A stretch of DNA of 63,166 nt, counting the filler, from an uncultured archaeon (lineage in GTDB: Archaea > Nanobdellota > Nanobdellia > Woesearchaeales > CAIVOO01), in assembly GCA_903842985.1 (NCBI GenBank). It is 5 parts of 5 records of this genome, joined end to end, with 100 filler letters (N's around TTAATTAATTAA, not from the genome) between each part and the next. Parts side by side here need not be neighbours in the genome. Positions count along the whole stretch, not along the records: positions 1 to 13,026 come from CAIMOB010000028.1; 4 more parts are not named here. One strand, given 5' to 3'. The notes below the pieces were generated by a model. It was not told the origin of the DNA. It was given only the letters and a program-made list of their open reading frames with translations, and did not search any database. The first letter of the stretch is position 1. Every line of letters begins with the position of its first letter. Made by a program: the position numbers and the translations under genes. This document shows positions 1 through 9,225 of this stretch, piece by piece.

Positions 1-955
1 ATGGAGTCAGGTATTTCTGATAATTTGTGTGGCTTTCTGAGAATTCAACTATTTTGTAAAGCATCTGGCTGGATAGCGCAAATTCAAAGTCCACATCAAT
101 TGTTGTGTTTTGCACGCAGAAACTTATGATTGCTGGAATGTCAAAGGCAAAAAGGAGGCTTGAGTTGCTTGAGTAGAAAATAATCCTGCTGCTTGTGAAT
201 GACCTGCAGCCTGAGGGGTAAGGCACTGCGCCGTTGTCAACTTCATTTATGTAATAGCTATCATAATTGTCTATGCTAAATTCCAGTTTTGCCGAGAGCG
301 GCATCGCAGGTGAGATTATTCCATAAACTCTTGGGTTTCCCTTAAATACATAAAATGTGTTGTTTACTGCCTGGGTTGTCACAGCATACTGGCCGGCAAT
401 TATATGGTTTGTAAACTGGTTTGTGGCAGTGCTTATTGGAATGTTGTTTATTTTCAGTGCAAATGAATTTATTTTTGGGGTTGACTGCAGCAGGCCGTTG
501 CTGAAATAGGCAGTGAAGCCTGATGTTGAGGCAGAGACTGAATTGGCTGAGAGGTCGGATGCCTCATAGTAAGGAGAGTATGTTTCGGACGTTCTGATTA
601 AATAAGCAATTGTGTTTGAAAGCGGGTTCTGGATGAAGAAAAGTTTCCCATCATTTATGAAAAATGTCTTGTTTGTCATCCATGAGTTTGTCTCGTTGAA
701 ATCGTGCCCGAAGTCAACAATTATTGGCTCGTTCGCCATGCCTGAATAGTTTGTTCTTATGAATATTGGATATTCATAAACCTGCCAGTTTGCGTAGTCA
801 TCAAATTTTTCCATTACGAGACTGGCAACATCTGGCTTCTCCTCAGAATACAATGTTGGCCTTACAAAAAGCAGGAACCATGCAAGATAAAGAAGAAATA
901 TTGCTAGGCTGATTGCCCAGTCTGTCATCGCGTCCCCTTTTTTGTTCTTTAACAT
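1..955 (-). CDS. Secreted/pilin-like protein with class III-like signal peptide (runs off window start)
   Basis: Manual translation from ATG 955: MLKNKKG|DAMTDWAISLAIFLLYLAWFLLFVRP; basic residues, Gly, then a hydrophobic helix. Confidence 0.7.
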   Translation of the reverse strand, partial: MLKNKKGDAMTDWAISLAIFLLYLAWFLLFVRPTLYSEEKPDVASLVMEKFDDYANWQVYEYPIFIRTNYSGMANEPIIVDFGHDFNETNSWMTNKTFFINDGKLFFIQNPLSNTIAYLIRTSETYSPYYEASDLSANSVSASTSGFTAYFSNGLLQSTPKINSFALKINNIPISTATNQFTNHIIAGQYAVTTQAVNNTFYVFKGNPRVYGIISPAMPLSAKLEFSIDNYDSYYINEVDNGAVPYPSGCRSFTSSRIIFYSSNSSLLFAFDIPAIISFCVQNTTIDVDFEFALSSQMLYKIVEFSESHTNYQKYLTP

Positions 956-986
956 TTTTAATCTGTTCTGCAGATCAAATCTGCGA

Positions 987-1058
987 TGGGCCTGATGGGA
1001 GTCGAACCCATTACCTCCACCGTGTGAGGGTGGCGTCATACCGCTAGACCACAGGCCC
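987..1058 (-). tRNA. tRNA-Val(CAC)
   Basis: Reverse complement GGGCCTG...CCACC-CTCACAC-GGTGG...ATGGG-TTCGACT-CCCAT-CAGGCCCA forms a cloverleaf. Confidence 0.95.
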
Positions 1059-2182
1059 TATAAAAATTGGACATCAATCTCAAGCTGGTCCTGTGTTGGA
1101 TACTGCTCAACAACTGCGGGCATCAAGCCTATTTCTTTAAGCTTCCTGCCAAGATTTCTGGCAATCCTTTCGCTTGTCAAAATCCTCGGCTTTAACGCGT
1201 CTATTGCCAGCATATCATTCTTAAGTTTAAATTCTTTTTGCAAATTATGCGCTATTTTTCTTAGTTTGGCCAATGCGGGTTTTTTGTTCATTTTTTCCAG
1301 CTTTCCTGCGTAGCCAAATGAAGGCAGGAGCTCAGGAAGGTAAATCGCACCCCTTATCAGGGTTCCAGATTTTGTTATTCTGTCAAACTTTCTTGCAACA
1401 TTTCGCGCCCTTCTCTTTATTCTTCTGGCAAGCTGGATCTTGTCTTTCAGAGTTGTTGTGCAGTAATGGATGTTAATGTTGTATTTTCTTAAAATCTTTT
1501 TAGCCAGCTCTTCTGAGCCTTTAACGCCATAGGAAAAGCTGTTTTTCGGCCTGAATCCTTTTGCCACAAGCATCTGCGCGTTAGTATCTGAAATTTCAAG
1601 TTCGTTTATGTTAAGGAAGTCTATCTTGTCCTTGAAGAAATCAATCAGCTTGAATGTCTGTTTTTCAAGCTGGGGGATTGCTGGGATTTCAACGCCGATT
1701 TTCCATTTGAATTTTTTGATTAAATCAATCCTATGCCAGAGCTTATTGCTGTAGATGTCAGGATGTATCCTTATTTCATCAAGCCCGGCATTGTAAAGCA
1801 TCTTCAGATTTTTCTTGTTAACCAAGTCAAGTGAAGTGTAAAGATGAATGTGGAATTTTTTCCCAAACTTTTTTTTCAGGAGTTTGATGAATTTTGCTGT
1901 CCTTTCAGTTTTTGCCAGCGGGTCTCCGCCAGTTATACCTGCGCCTTCTGCTTCTGTTAATCTTGCCTCTTCAATTATCTCTTTTGGCAAGCTTGTCTTC
2001 CATTCATTTGCATAAGTAACATCCCTGTGCCACTTTTTCTCAGAAATAGGACAGTAGTAGCAGTGCCTTGGGCAGAGACCTGTGACAAACAGAACAAGCT
2101 TCTTGCCTTGGACGCAGAGCCTGCAGCCCCTGGCTAAACTGCCTTTTTTCCACGAATGCCACCTTGTCTTTTCAATATTCAT
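1058..2182 (-). CDS. Archaeal radical SAM protein (PFL-activase-related family)
   Basis: CPRHCYYC motif and GITGGDP; start moved to ATG 2182 because the longer ORF overlaps tRNA-Lys. Confidence 0.85.
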   Translation of the reverse strand: MNIEKTRWHSWKKGSLARGCRLCVQGKKLVLFVTGLCPRHCYYCPISEKKWHRDVTYANEWKTSLPKEIIEEARLTEAEGAGITGGDPLAKTERTAKFIKLLKKKFGKKFHIHLYTSLDLVNKKNLKMLYNAGLDEIRIHPDIYSNKLWHRIDLIKKFKWKIGVEIPAIPQLEKQTFKLIDFFKDKIDFLNINELEISDTNAQMLVAKGFRPKNSFSYGVKGSEELAKKILRKYNINIHYCTTTLKDKIQLARRIKRRARNVARKFDRITKSGTLIRGAIYLPELLPSFGYAGKLEKMNKKPALAKLRKIAHNLQKEFKLKNDMLAIDALKPRILTSERIARNLGRKLKEIGLMPAVVEQYPTQDQLEIDVQFL

Positions 2183-2238
2183 ATACCTGTCAAAAACAGC
2201 AACATATATAAATGTTATACTTGTTTTTTTGGTTGTAT

Positions 2239-2328
2239 GGGCCCATAGCGCAGGCTGGTAGCGCAACTGACTCTTAATAAGAAAACGGAGAGATCAGTAG
2301 GTCGGGGGTTCAAATCCCTCTGGGCCCG
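2239..2328 (+). tRNA. tRNA-Lys(CTT) with 16-nt intron at 37/38 (2277-2292)
   Basis: GGGCCCA acceptor, ACTGA-CTCTTA^A-TCAGT anticodon arm, GGTTCAAATCC T-arm. Confidence 0.92.
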
Positions 2329-2350
2329 TGTTATCTTTGCATAAGATTTC

Positions 2351-2438
2351 GCCCCGGTAGTCTAGACCGGTCAAGGATAGGGCCCTCTCGAAGAAATGGA
2401 GACAGGCTCTGACTCGGGTTCAAATCCCGACCGGGGCA
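2351..2438 (+). tRNA. tRNA-Glu(CTC) with 13-nt intron at 37/38 (2391-2403)
   Basis: GCCCCGG acceptor, GGGCC-CTCTCG^A-GGCTC anticodon arm, GGTTCAAATCC T-arm. Confidence 0.92.
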
Positions 2439-2440
2439 TT

Positions 2441-3013
2441 TTATTTCACTAGAAAACGCAGATTCCTTGTTTGCTCATAATTGAGTATTGCCTTGTTTTT
2501 TGTTGCGCTGTAAAGTTTTCTTAAAATATTTACGTCTTTCGGCACCATTCCTTCATTAAGCGAATTTCTAAAGTTAAAAATTGCATTCGTATAATCAACA
2601 AAATTATCTGAAAGTTCAAACATCAGGCCTGGGCTTAATTTTAATGCTCTCTTTTTTGTCAGAATGTGCCCTGTGCTGTTATATGCTGTCTTTCCTTCTT
2701 CCAAATAATAGTCGAGGCCAACTGTCCTTCTCTTGTAAACATTTACAAAATATTCAGGAAAAAATCCGCAAATGAAAAGAAGGCTGTCAGCTATTGTCCT
2801 AAGAGAGGATAAAGCAAGAAATATGTCTTTGTCATAGGCTTTCCATATTTGCATGCCGATTGCTTCATCTTCATTAAGCTTGGTTTTGAAATCGACCATG
2901 TCAGTCATTACTTTTGCAATGTAATGCCTTGCACCTTCAGAATTTATCTGCTTTTCAAGGCCTGAGTTGAAAAGGTCAAATATCTGCTCCTTTGTCGCTG
3001 TCAAAAGTTCCAT
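2441..3013 (-). CDS. Hypothetical protein resembling an uncharacterised bacterial family
   Basis: ~190-aa ORF from ATG 3013 with D-x-x-LF-x-x-GFFPE...DYY...G-x-x-AY pattern. Confidence 0.7.
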   Translation of the reverse strand: MELLTATKEQIFDLFNSGLEKQINSEGARHYIAKVMTDMVDFKTKLNEDEAIGMQIWKAYDKDIFLALSSLRTIADSLLFICGFFPEYFVNVYKRRTVGLDYYLEEGKTAYNSTGHILTKKRALKLSPGLMFELSDNFVDYTNAIFNFRNSLNEGMVPKDVNILRKLYSATKNKAILNYEQTRNLRFLVK

Positions 3014-3046
3014 GTGCAGTTTTGTATGGCCCCGGGATTTATATAT

Positions 3047-3821
3047 TTTTAGCAAAGGTTTTTAAGCATTTTTAGATTAGATGTACTATCTTTTTGGGCA
3101 TTAACGCCAGAAGAATTTCATGTTAAGAAGTGAGGTCTACTAGTGCCTGCATCTATTCTGTATATTAAATCATCTTTTTTTACTTGTTTCATTTCATGCA
3201 TTTTTCTTGCAAGTTCTGTTTGCATCTCTGCCGTCATTTTCGCAATTTCCAATGAAGAACCAAGCGTAATCAAACGTCCCATCCTGCTCAAATCTAATTT
3301 TGTAACATCTGTATCTTTGAGGATTTTGTAATCTGCCAATGCCTTTTTAAGAATGTCGTCTATCGTAGTTTGACGCCTATCTTCCCACAATAAAAAAGTA
3401 AGATGTTCTTTCTGCTCGCCAAAATAATCCCTGATGTCTTTTTCCGTTTTTATAAAATACAGGTTTTCGCCTTTGAAAGTTCCTAATGTAAATGGTAACA
3501 GAGAGTCAGCCAAAATCAATTCGGCTTGCGATATTATGTCTTTGCTTAACCTTCTTTCAATGGTTGCGTCCCTTAGCCTTCCAATGCGCCCTATGCAAAA
3601 CGGCTTGTAAGAAGGAAATGTCGCTGCATGGTAAGTTTTTGGCCCGTATATATTTTGAGAAGGAATACTTTCGTGCGTTTCATACATTGCGTTGTGCACT
3701 ATTGCAAAATCGCCAATTTTAACATCAGAAGCGTAGTTTATTTGTTTTTCCAATGTAAAAATCAGTAAAGAATGCTAATTTAAATACTTTTAGCAAAGGT
3801 TTTTAAGCATTTTTAGATTAG
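3047..3821 (+). repeat. 34-bp perfect direct repeat (3047-3080 and 3788-3821) containing a BRE/TATA-like promoter
   Basis: TTTTAGCAAAGGTTTTTAAGCATTTTTAGATTAG occurs twice, flanking ORF 3118-3753; second copy ends 10 nt before tRNA-Ser. Confidence 0.9.
3118..3753 (-). CDS. Hypothetical protein
   Basis: 211-aa ORF, no recognised motif. Confidence 0.65.
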   Translation of the reverse strand: MEKQINYASDVKIGDFAIVHNAMYETHESIPSQNIYGPKTYHAATFPSYKPFCIGRIGRLRDATIERRLSKDIISQAELILADSLLPFTLGTFKGENLYFIKTEKDIRDYFGEQKEHLTFLLWEDRRQTTIDDILKKALADYKILKDTDVTKLDLSRMGRLITLGSSLEIAKMTAEMQTELARKMHEMKQVKKDDLIYRIDAGTSRPHFLT

Positions 3822-3831
3822 CCAATATTGT

Positions 3832-3915
3832 GCCGGCATCGCATAACCTGGTATTGCGGCGGTCTCGAAAACCGCTGCCCGCAAGGGCTTGCAGGTTCAA
3901 ATCCTGCTGCCGGCG
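3832..3915 (+). tRNA. tRNA-Ser(CGA)
   Basis: GCCGGCA acceptor, GCGGT-CTCGAAA-ACCGC anticodon arm, long variable arm GCCC-GCAA-GGGC. Confidence 0.95.
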
Positions 3916-3951
3916 TTAAGTTTTTAAACAGAAATAGCATAATTTAGCAAA

Positions 3952-4164
3952 ATGGCGCATTCATTCGGGCATGAAAGTTCGGGAAAAGGGGTTGGTGTGG
4001 TTATTGGACTGGTTGCGCTTGCTGTTGGAGTGGCTTCGCTTGCACAAATCTTTGGGTACTATGAATTCAGTTTTTCAGAGCAGCTGTTTCTGTTTTCAGC
4101 AATCGGAAGCGCAGTGGCAGGGGCTATGCTAATTTTTTCAAGCCTGAAAAGCAGCCATTATTAG
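3952..4164 (+). CDS. Small two-TM membrane protein
   Basis: 70 aa with two hydrophobic segments. Confidence 0.7.
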   Translation: MAHSFGHESSGKGVGVVIGLVALAVGVASLAQIFGYYEFSFSEQLFLFSAIGSAVAGAMLIFSSLKSSHY

Positions 4165-4892
4165 AAGTCAAATAATTTCTTTGCGTTGCTGTAAATTTCT
4201 TCCTCAGCATCTTCTTTAGAAATATTTTTTATTTTTGCAATTTTCTCGAGGCCTTTTTCAACAAATGAAGGCTCGTTGCGCTTTCCTCTGTAAGGAGAGA
4301 GATACGGAGAGTCTGTCTCAGTCAGAAGGTTTCTCAGTTCTGTCATTTCAACAATCTTCTGGAAATGCCCTGAGAAAACAACATTTGCTGGAATCGAAAG
4401 GTAAAAGCCGTTGTCAATTGCTCTTTTTACCAACTCAAATGAGCCGAAGCAGTGCAGGACTGCCTTAACTTTCGATGATTCAAGCATTTCAATGGCATCG
4501 AGCTCTGCTTCCCTTGAATGGACAATGACTGGCTTCCTGATTTCCTCTGCCAAATCTATTATTTTCTGGAAGATTTCTTTTTCCTCATTCTTTTTCTGCT
4601 TCTCCCAGTAATAGTCAAGCCCGACTTCGCCGACTGCAACAATCTTGTCCTTGTTTTTCCTTATGAAATCAAGCTCTTCATCCAAATTCTTGATTTTTAA
4701 TGCGTCAATCGGATAAAGCCCCAAAGCAGCTTTTACATTTCTGTATTTTGAAGAAATCTCAAGTGTTTTCCTGTTTGTTTCTGGATTTAATCCGTTGTTT
4801 ATTATCAGAATTCTTTCTGCCCGTTTTATGGCTTCGTCCCTGTCCTTGTCAAACTGCCTGTGGTCCAGATGCGCGTGAACATCAACTATCAT
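4161..4892 (-). CDS. tatD: TatD family hydrolase
   Basis: DVHAHLD, GEVGLDY, HSR, HCF and ETDSPYL motifs. Confidence 0.95.
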   Translation of the reverse strand: MIVDVHAHLDHRQFDKDRDEAIKRAERILIINNGLNPETNRKTLEISSKYRNVKAALGLYPIDALKIKNLDEELDFIRKNKDKIVAVGEVGLDYYWEKQKKNEEKEIFQKIIDLAEEIRKPVIVHSREAELDAIEMLESSKVKAVLHCFGSFELVKRAIDNGFYLSIPANVVFSGHFQKIVEMTELRNLLTETDSPYLSPYRGKRNEPSFVEKGLEKIAKIKNISKEDAEEEIYSNAKKLFDF

Positions 4893-5791
4893 TTTACAGC
4901 TGCCCAAATCAAAGGCAGTGAGATTGTTGCATCGCAGTAGACATCAATGTATCTCCCTTTTTCATTCATCTTGCCCCAGGAAATTCCTTCCTTAAGCGGA
5001 GCGCCTGAGCTTCCGCCGTACTCAGGCCTGTCTGTTGTCAGCTGTATGCCGTAGAAAGCGCCTTTTGAGAACTGCATTGCCTGCTGTATGTAATTCTTTG
5101 GCACTCCGCCTCCGACATAGAAAATCGCGTTTTTCTCAGAATCCCAGGCAATCTTGATTATTTCCTTCAAATCGTCAAATGCATCAATTCTTATTTTCTT
5201 CCCAGCTGCCAATCTGCCCCAAATCATCAGGCCGATGCCTGAGTCAGCTATTGCAGGGCAGAAAATTGGTATTTTTTTCTCGTAGCAGATTCTCAGGATT
5301 GAATTTTTTGATTTCACATGCTTGCCAAGCTCCCACAAGAATTCCCTTATGTTCATCTCCTTCGGCAGGCTGTCAAATATTTTCATGAAAAAATCCTCAA
5401 GCCCCTCGTAAACCTCGTTTGGCATGAATGAATCATAAATCCTGTCAATTTTCTTTTTGTGAAGCTCCTTGTCATCTGCTTCCGGATCTCCCTGCAGGTG
5501 CGAGTATCCAAGGGCTTCCACCAAATCATGGGTAAGGTTTGCGCCTGTTGTGACAAAAACATCAACTCTTTCTTTCAAAAGGTCAATTACAACATTCTTC
5601 ATCCCGCCTGGAACCATTGCGCCTGCCAAGCCAAAGAATAATTTGCATTTCTTGTCTTTCTTAATCTCGCTCAGGATTTCAACTGCCTTTCCTATCCTGC
5701 CTGCGCCCATGACTCCTGACAAGGACATTTCGTTCACTAATTCGGAAACCTTCATTCCTTTTATGATATCCATCTGCTTTACTTTCTTCAT
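4889..5791 (-). CDS. dys: Deoxyhypusine synthase
   Basis: FVTTGANLTHD, CPAIADS, GGGVPK and GGSSGAPLKEGISWGK motifs. Confidence 0.93.
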   Translation of the reverse strand: MKKVKQMDIIKGMKVSELVNEMSLSGVMGAGRIGKAVEILSEIKKDKKCKLFFGLAGAMVPGGMKNVVIDLLKERVDVFVTTGANLTHDLVEALGYSHLQGDPEADDKELHKKKIDRIYDSFMPNEVYEGLEDFFMKIFDSLPKEMNIREFLWELGKHVKSKNSILRICYEKKIPIFCPAIADSGIGLMIWGRLAAGKKIRIDAFDDLKEIIKIAWDSEKNAIFYVGGGVPKNYIQQAMQFSKGAFYGIQLTTDRPEYGGSSGAPLKEGISWGKMNEKGRYIDVYCDATISLPLIWAAVK

Positions 5792-5843
5792 ATCTCTGCA
5801 AATATTCAATATTTTTATAAAGCTTTTGGCAAATAGTCCATAT

Positions 5844-6530
5844 ATGAAGTATAAGAACCTGACAATTATAGGAACAAGCCATATATCAAGGGAGAGTGTA
5901 GATGCTATAACAAAATTCATTGAAGAAGAGAAGCCTGAGATTATCGCTTTGGAGCTGGACAAGGACAGGTTTTACAGCATCCAGCAGAGTAAAAGAGAAG
6001 CGGGTTTCAGGGAGATTTTTCAGGTTGGAGTCAAGGGCTATTTGTTCAGCCTCATTGGCGAGTATGTTGAAAGGAAGCTTGGGGAAAAAGTAGGGGTGAA
6101 GCCCGGGCAGGAAATGCTGACTGCGATAAAGCTTGCAAAGGAGAATAACATCAAGATTGCGCTGATTGACCAGGACATAAGAATCACGCTGAAAAGATTT
6201 TCCAAGTTTTTGAGCTGGAAAGAGAGGTTTAGGTTTGCTGCGGACATTTTTAAAAGCATATTCTTCGGGAAAAGGGAGATGAAGAAGATTGGCTTGGAGG
6301 CATTTGATATGAAAATTGATTTGACAAAGGTGCCTGAAAAGAAAGTAATAAGGAAAATGATTTCATTTGTGAAAAAAAGGTATCCGAATGTCTATAAGGT
6401 GCTAATAGGGGAAAGGAATGTGGTTATGGCAAAGAGATTAAAGTGGCTGGTTGAGAACGAAAAAGGAAAAATTCTTGCGGTTGTAGGCGCTGGGCACGAA
6501 GAGGAGATTATAGGATTGATGAAGAAATAA
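5844..6530 (+). CDS. TraB/PrgY family protein
   Basis: IGTSHIS, ALELDKDR, GERN and AVVGAGH motifs. Confidence 0.9.
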   Translation: MKYKNLTIIGTSHISRESVDAITKFIEEEKPEIIALELDKDRFYSIQQSKREAGFREIFQVGVKGYLFSLIGEYVERKLGEKVGVKPGQEMLTAIKLAKENNIKIALIDQDIRITLKRFSKFLSWKERFRFAADIFKSIFFGKREMKKIGLEAFDMKIDLTKVPEKKVIRKMISFVKKRYPNVYKVLIGERNVVMAKRLKWLVENEKGKILAVVGAGHEEEIIGLMKK

Positions 6531-6591
6531 ATTTTATTTTAATATATAGTATAGGCAAAATATATAAACCCAGAGCGCATTATAAGGGGCA

Positions 6592-7320
6592 ATGGGCACA
6601 TACACTGACGTGGTCAAGAAATACTTTGTTTTTAACAGGACTGAGATAAGGGACATAATAGTGACTGTGCTTATTCTTGGATTTATGTTCTCATTCAGGC
6701 AGTGGGGCATTGAGAAGTTTAACCCAAATGCAGGAATCCAGAACCTGATTTCAGCGCTGTTGATTGTGGCTTTGGCGCTTTTGGTTCATGTCTCTGCCCA
6801 AAGAATGTATGCACTGTCAAAAGGATTCCAGGTTGAGTACAAGATGTGGATTTACGGCCTGCTTATTGCATTGGTTATCTGCTTTGTAACAAGAGGCTAT
6901 GCTGTCTTGGTAATTCCTGGCGGAATAATGATGTATGCATTGGAAGGCCACAGGCTTGGAAAATGGAGATACCAGATGAGCTACAAGGATCTGGGAATTG
7001 TTTCATTGATAGGTCCTCTGTCAAACATTGTGCTTGCCATCCTGTTCAAGCTGATGCTCATTGTCGCGCCAGGCCATATTCTGCTTACAAAGGCGCTGGC
7101 TGTAAATTTGTGGTTTGCTGTCTTCACAATTCTTCCAATACCAAGGCTTGACGGGCTGAATATATTTTATTCAGGAAGAATGACCTGGGTGTTCGTGTTC
7201 GCGGGCACTGTTGTTGCTTCGCTTTTGCTTTATTTCACCACATCAATATTTTGGTCGATAATCGCAGCTGTTGTTGCCGGGCTGCTTGCAATGATTTTGT
7301 GGTACATCCGCCTAGAATAG
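6592..7320 (+). CDS. Site-2 protease (M50)-like membrane protein with degenerate HExxH
   Basis: GPLSN and LPIPRLDG motifs present; HVSAQ replaces HExxH. Confidence 0.8.
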   Translation: MGTYTDVVKKYFVFNRTEIRDIIVTVLILGFMFSFRQWGIEKFNPNAGIQNLISALLIVALALLVHVSAQRMYALSKGFQVEYKMWIYGLLIALVICFVTRGYAVLVIPGGIMMYALEGHRLGKWRYQMSYKDLGIVSLIGPLSNIVLAILFKLMLIVAPGHILLTKALAVNLWFAVFTILPIPRLDGLNIFYSGRMTWVFVFAGTVVASLLLYFTTSIFWSIIAAVVAGLLAMILWYIRLE

Positions 7321-7575
7321 GCTGAGAACTCCCTTTTGCGCAAGATAAAACGCAAAAACATACGCGACAAATATGTTAAGGCCGAAGAACATCAGGACCA
7401 TGTAAAGTCCGGATGCGATGTCAAGGTAACTTGCTATTGAGTCGCGGAAGATAAGTCCTTTCACGACAATGTAGGCTGCGAATATGAAAGCAATGTTCCA
7501 GCTTATCAGCGAGAACTGGAGCAGGACAATTGCAACTGCAGTCAGCAAGTCAAGGACTCCAAAAAATTTAATCAT
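7312..7575 (-). CDS. Small membrane protein
   Basis: Hydrophobic ORF from ATG 7575 (MIKFFGVLDLL). Confidence 0.7.
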   Translation of the reverse strand: MIKFFGVLDLLTAVAIVLLQFSLISWNIAFIFAAYIVVKGLIFRDSIASYLDIASGLYMVLMFFGLNIFVAYVFAFYLAQKGVLSLF

Positions 7576-7603
7576 AGGCAAAAAATAGGATTGGAATATA
7601 AAA

Positions 7604-7933
7604 ATGTTTGGAAAAAAATCAGCTATTGACCTGGCAACCACCTGGGTTGAGGTGGTATTCATAATACTGCTTGTTGTGGGGCTGCTGCTGTCGGTAACAG
7701 CTGCAAACGCCTACCTAAATTTCATAATAATATTCCTCTGCGGTCTGCTGTTCGGCAGGTTATTGTACCAGGAAAGGAGGAATTTAAAGCTTGCATTCTA
7801 TCTGGTTGTATTCGGATTTTTAGTGGGCTATGTTGTTGGAAGCTATTACACAAACAAGACTCTTGTGACGCTGTTCTTTGTAATAGGAATAACTGCAAGC
7901 TATTATGCGCATTTCAAGAAGATAATAGAATAG
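7604..7933 (+). CDS. Membrane protein
   Basis: 109 aa, about four TM helices. Confidence 0.75.
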   Translation: MFGKKSAIDLATTWVEVVFIILLVVGLLLSVTAANAYLNFIIIFLCGLLFGRLLYQERRNLKLAFYLVVFGFLVGYVVGSYYTNKTLVTLFFVIGITASYYAHFKKIIE

Positions 7934-8366
7934 TTTCGACTTCTTTTTTTGTTGTGCTTTCAACCTGCGATGCAAGGGAATAAAGCCCCGGCTTCAGCGA
8001 GCTCCTTTCTGAAATGCCGTTGTGCGTCTGCGGGTAAATAATCCATATCTTCTCTGTTTTTGAGAATGGGTTTACAAAGAAAATGCTAAGACATGAATGT
8101 TTGATTAGATTTTCCCAGTGCTTCAGGACAAACTCAATGTTTTCATTTGTGCTGAAGCAGACAATGGTCTGGTGCAAATCAGAAAGTTTTTTCAGAACAT
8201 TCTCTTCGAGAAACGGTTCAATCAGGTAAGTGTGCTGCCTTTCCTTGTATTTGACTTCGATCTTGTCCTTCTGCCTGCTCAGCTTTTCTATTCTTCTTAG
8301 AATTATATCTTTGTTTTTCAGATAATTTTCTGTCCAGCCTGCCAGGAATTCCTCTGCTTTTTCCAT
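7914..8366 (-). CDS. Hypothetical protein
   Basis: 150-aa ORF directly downstream of the histone gene. Confidence 0.75.
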   Translation of the reverse strand: MEKAEEFLAGWTENYLKNKDIILRRIEKLSRQKDKIEVKYKERQHTYLIEPFLEENVLKKLSDLHQTIVCFSTNENIEFVLKHWENLIKHSCLSIFFVNPFSKTEKIWIIYPQTHNGISERSSLKPGLYSLASQVESTTKKEVETILLSS

Positions 8367-8376
8367 TTTGGAAAAA

Positions 8377-8583
8377 TTATTTCAACGCCAGCCTGATGTC
8401 TTCCTCTTTTACTGTTGTTCTTCCTGCGTGCTTCGCTATCTGGCTCGCCTTCTCTGCCAATTTTCTCGCCTCATCTTCGAGCGCGATTCTCAGGGCATCT
8501 TTTGCGTCTGCGCTGACTCTTGCAGCGCCGTTGTTCTTCAAAATCTTCTCCATTGCTGCTAGTGGTAATATTCCATCTCCCAT
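8377..8583 (-). CDS. Archaeal histone
   Basis: LPLAAMEKILK...RVS...KHAGRTTVKEEDI histone fold; GGAGG SD. Confidence 0.95.
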   Translation of the reverse strand: MGDGILPLAAMEKILKNNGAARVSADAKDALRIALEDEARKLAEKASQIAKHAGRTTVKEEDIRLALK

Positions 8584-8646
8584 TTTAAAAACCTCCAATC
8601 CGGCAGAAATAAGGCTGATTTATAAATCTTTTCCTGAATAAAGGCA

Positions 8647-8862
8647 TTAAACCCTTGAGAAGTCGAAATACTTGGTTTTTGGCGGGTTTTCCTTCCTTAT
8701 AACGTCTAATTGCTTCTCTTTTACAAGGTCGCCAATCTTGCCAGAACATTCTACGCAGTACATTTTCTTGCCATCTGTCTTGCCGATGCAAAGCCTGCAG
8801 AGCTGTCTTCCGCACCAAGTGCAGACGCCTGTGCATTCCCTGCTGTGTCTTTGGCATTTCAT
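8647..8862 (-). CDS. Small B-box-like zinc-finger protein
   Basis: CxxH, CxxC, CxxC, CxxC pattern. Confidence 0.75.
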   Translation of the reverse strand: MKCQRHSRECTGVCTWCGRQLCRLCIGKTDGKKMYCVECSGKIGDLVKEKQLDVIRKENPPKTKYFDFSRV

Positions 8863-9013
8863 ATAAGAAATTGTGATAGCGGGCGAATATATAAGTTTTT
8901 TGAATATATTATTTTAATATAGAAAACAATACATTTATAAAGAGCAAACATTACGCTAATAATCAGTATTTACACCAAAAACTTCCATATTGGAAGGAAA
9001 TACGTGCAGATAC

Positions 9014-9225
9014 TTGCCCGTCACGAAAGTACTCAATGGAGCTGACGATAAATTCAAGCTAGGAGCTTGAGGGTTAGTGTTTTGGGCAACAAATCAAATT
9101 TCATACTTAAAAAACAGAAAGAACAAGTATTCGGCTTACAATCATCATTTCACTTGGAAATTATTTGTTTTAAAAGAAATGAAGACATTTAGGGCAATAA
9201 TGCTCTATAGCCTTAGCTTGTTCTT
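9014..9225 (+). ncRNA. Candidate structured 5' leader of dnaG
   Basis: Nested stems TTGCCC/GGGCAA, CGTCA/TGACG, TCAAGCT/AGCTTGA, AAGAACAAG/CTTGTTCTT, TCATTTC/GAAATGA, TAGGGCA/TGCTCTA. Confidence 0.5.

Noticed and set aside
2183..2266. N-terminal extensions in the ORF track (radical SAM, dys, TraB, endA, ftsZ)
   Set aside because: They overlap tRNAs, promoters or divergent genes; downstream ATGs fit the family starts
9020..9050. Hammerhead ribozyme (CGAAA and CTGACGA present)
   Set aside because: Stems I and III cannot form between the core motifs
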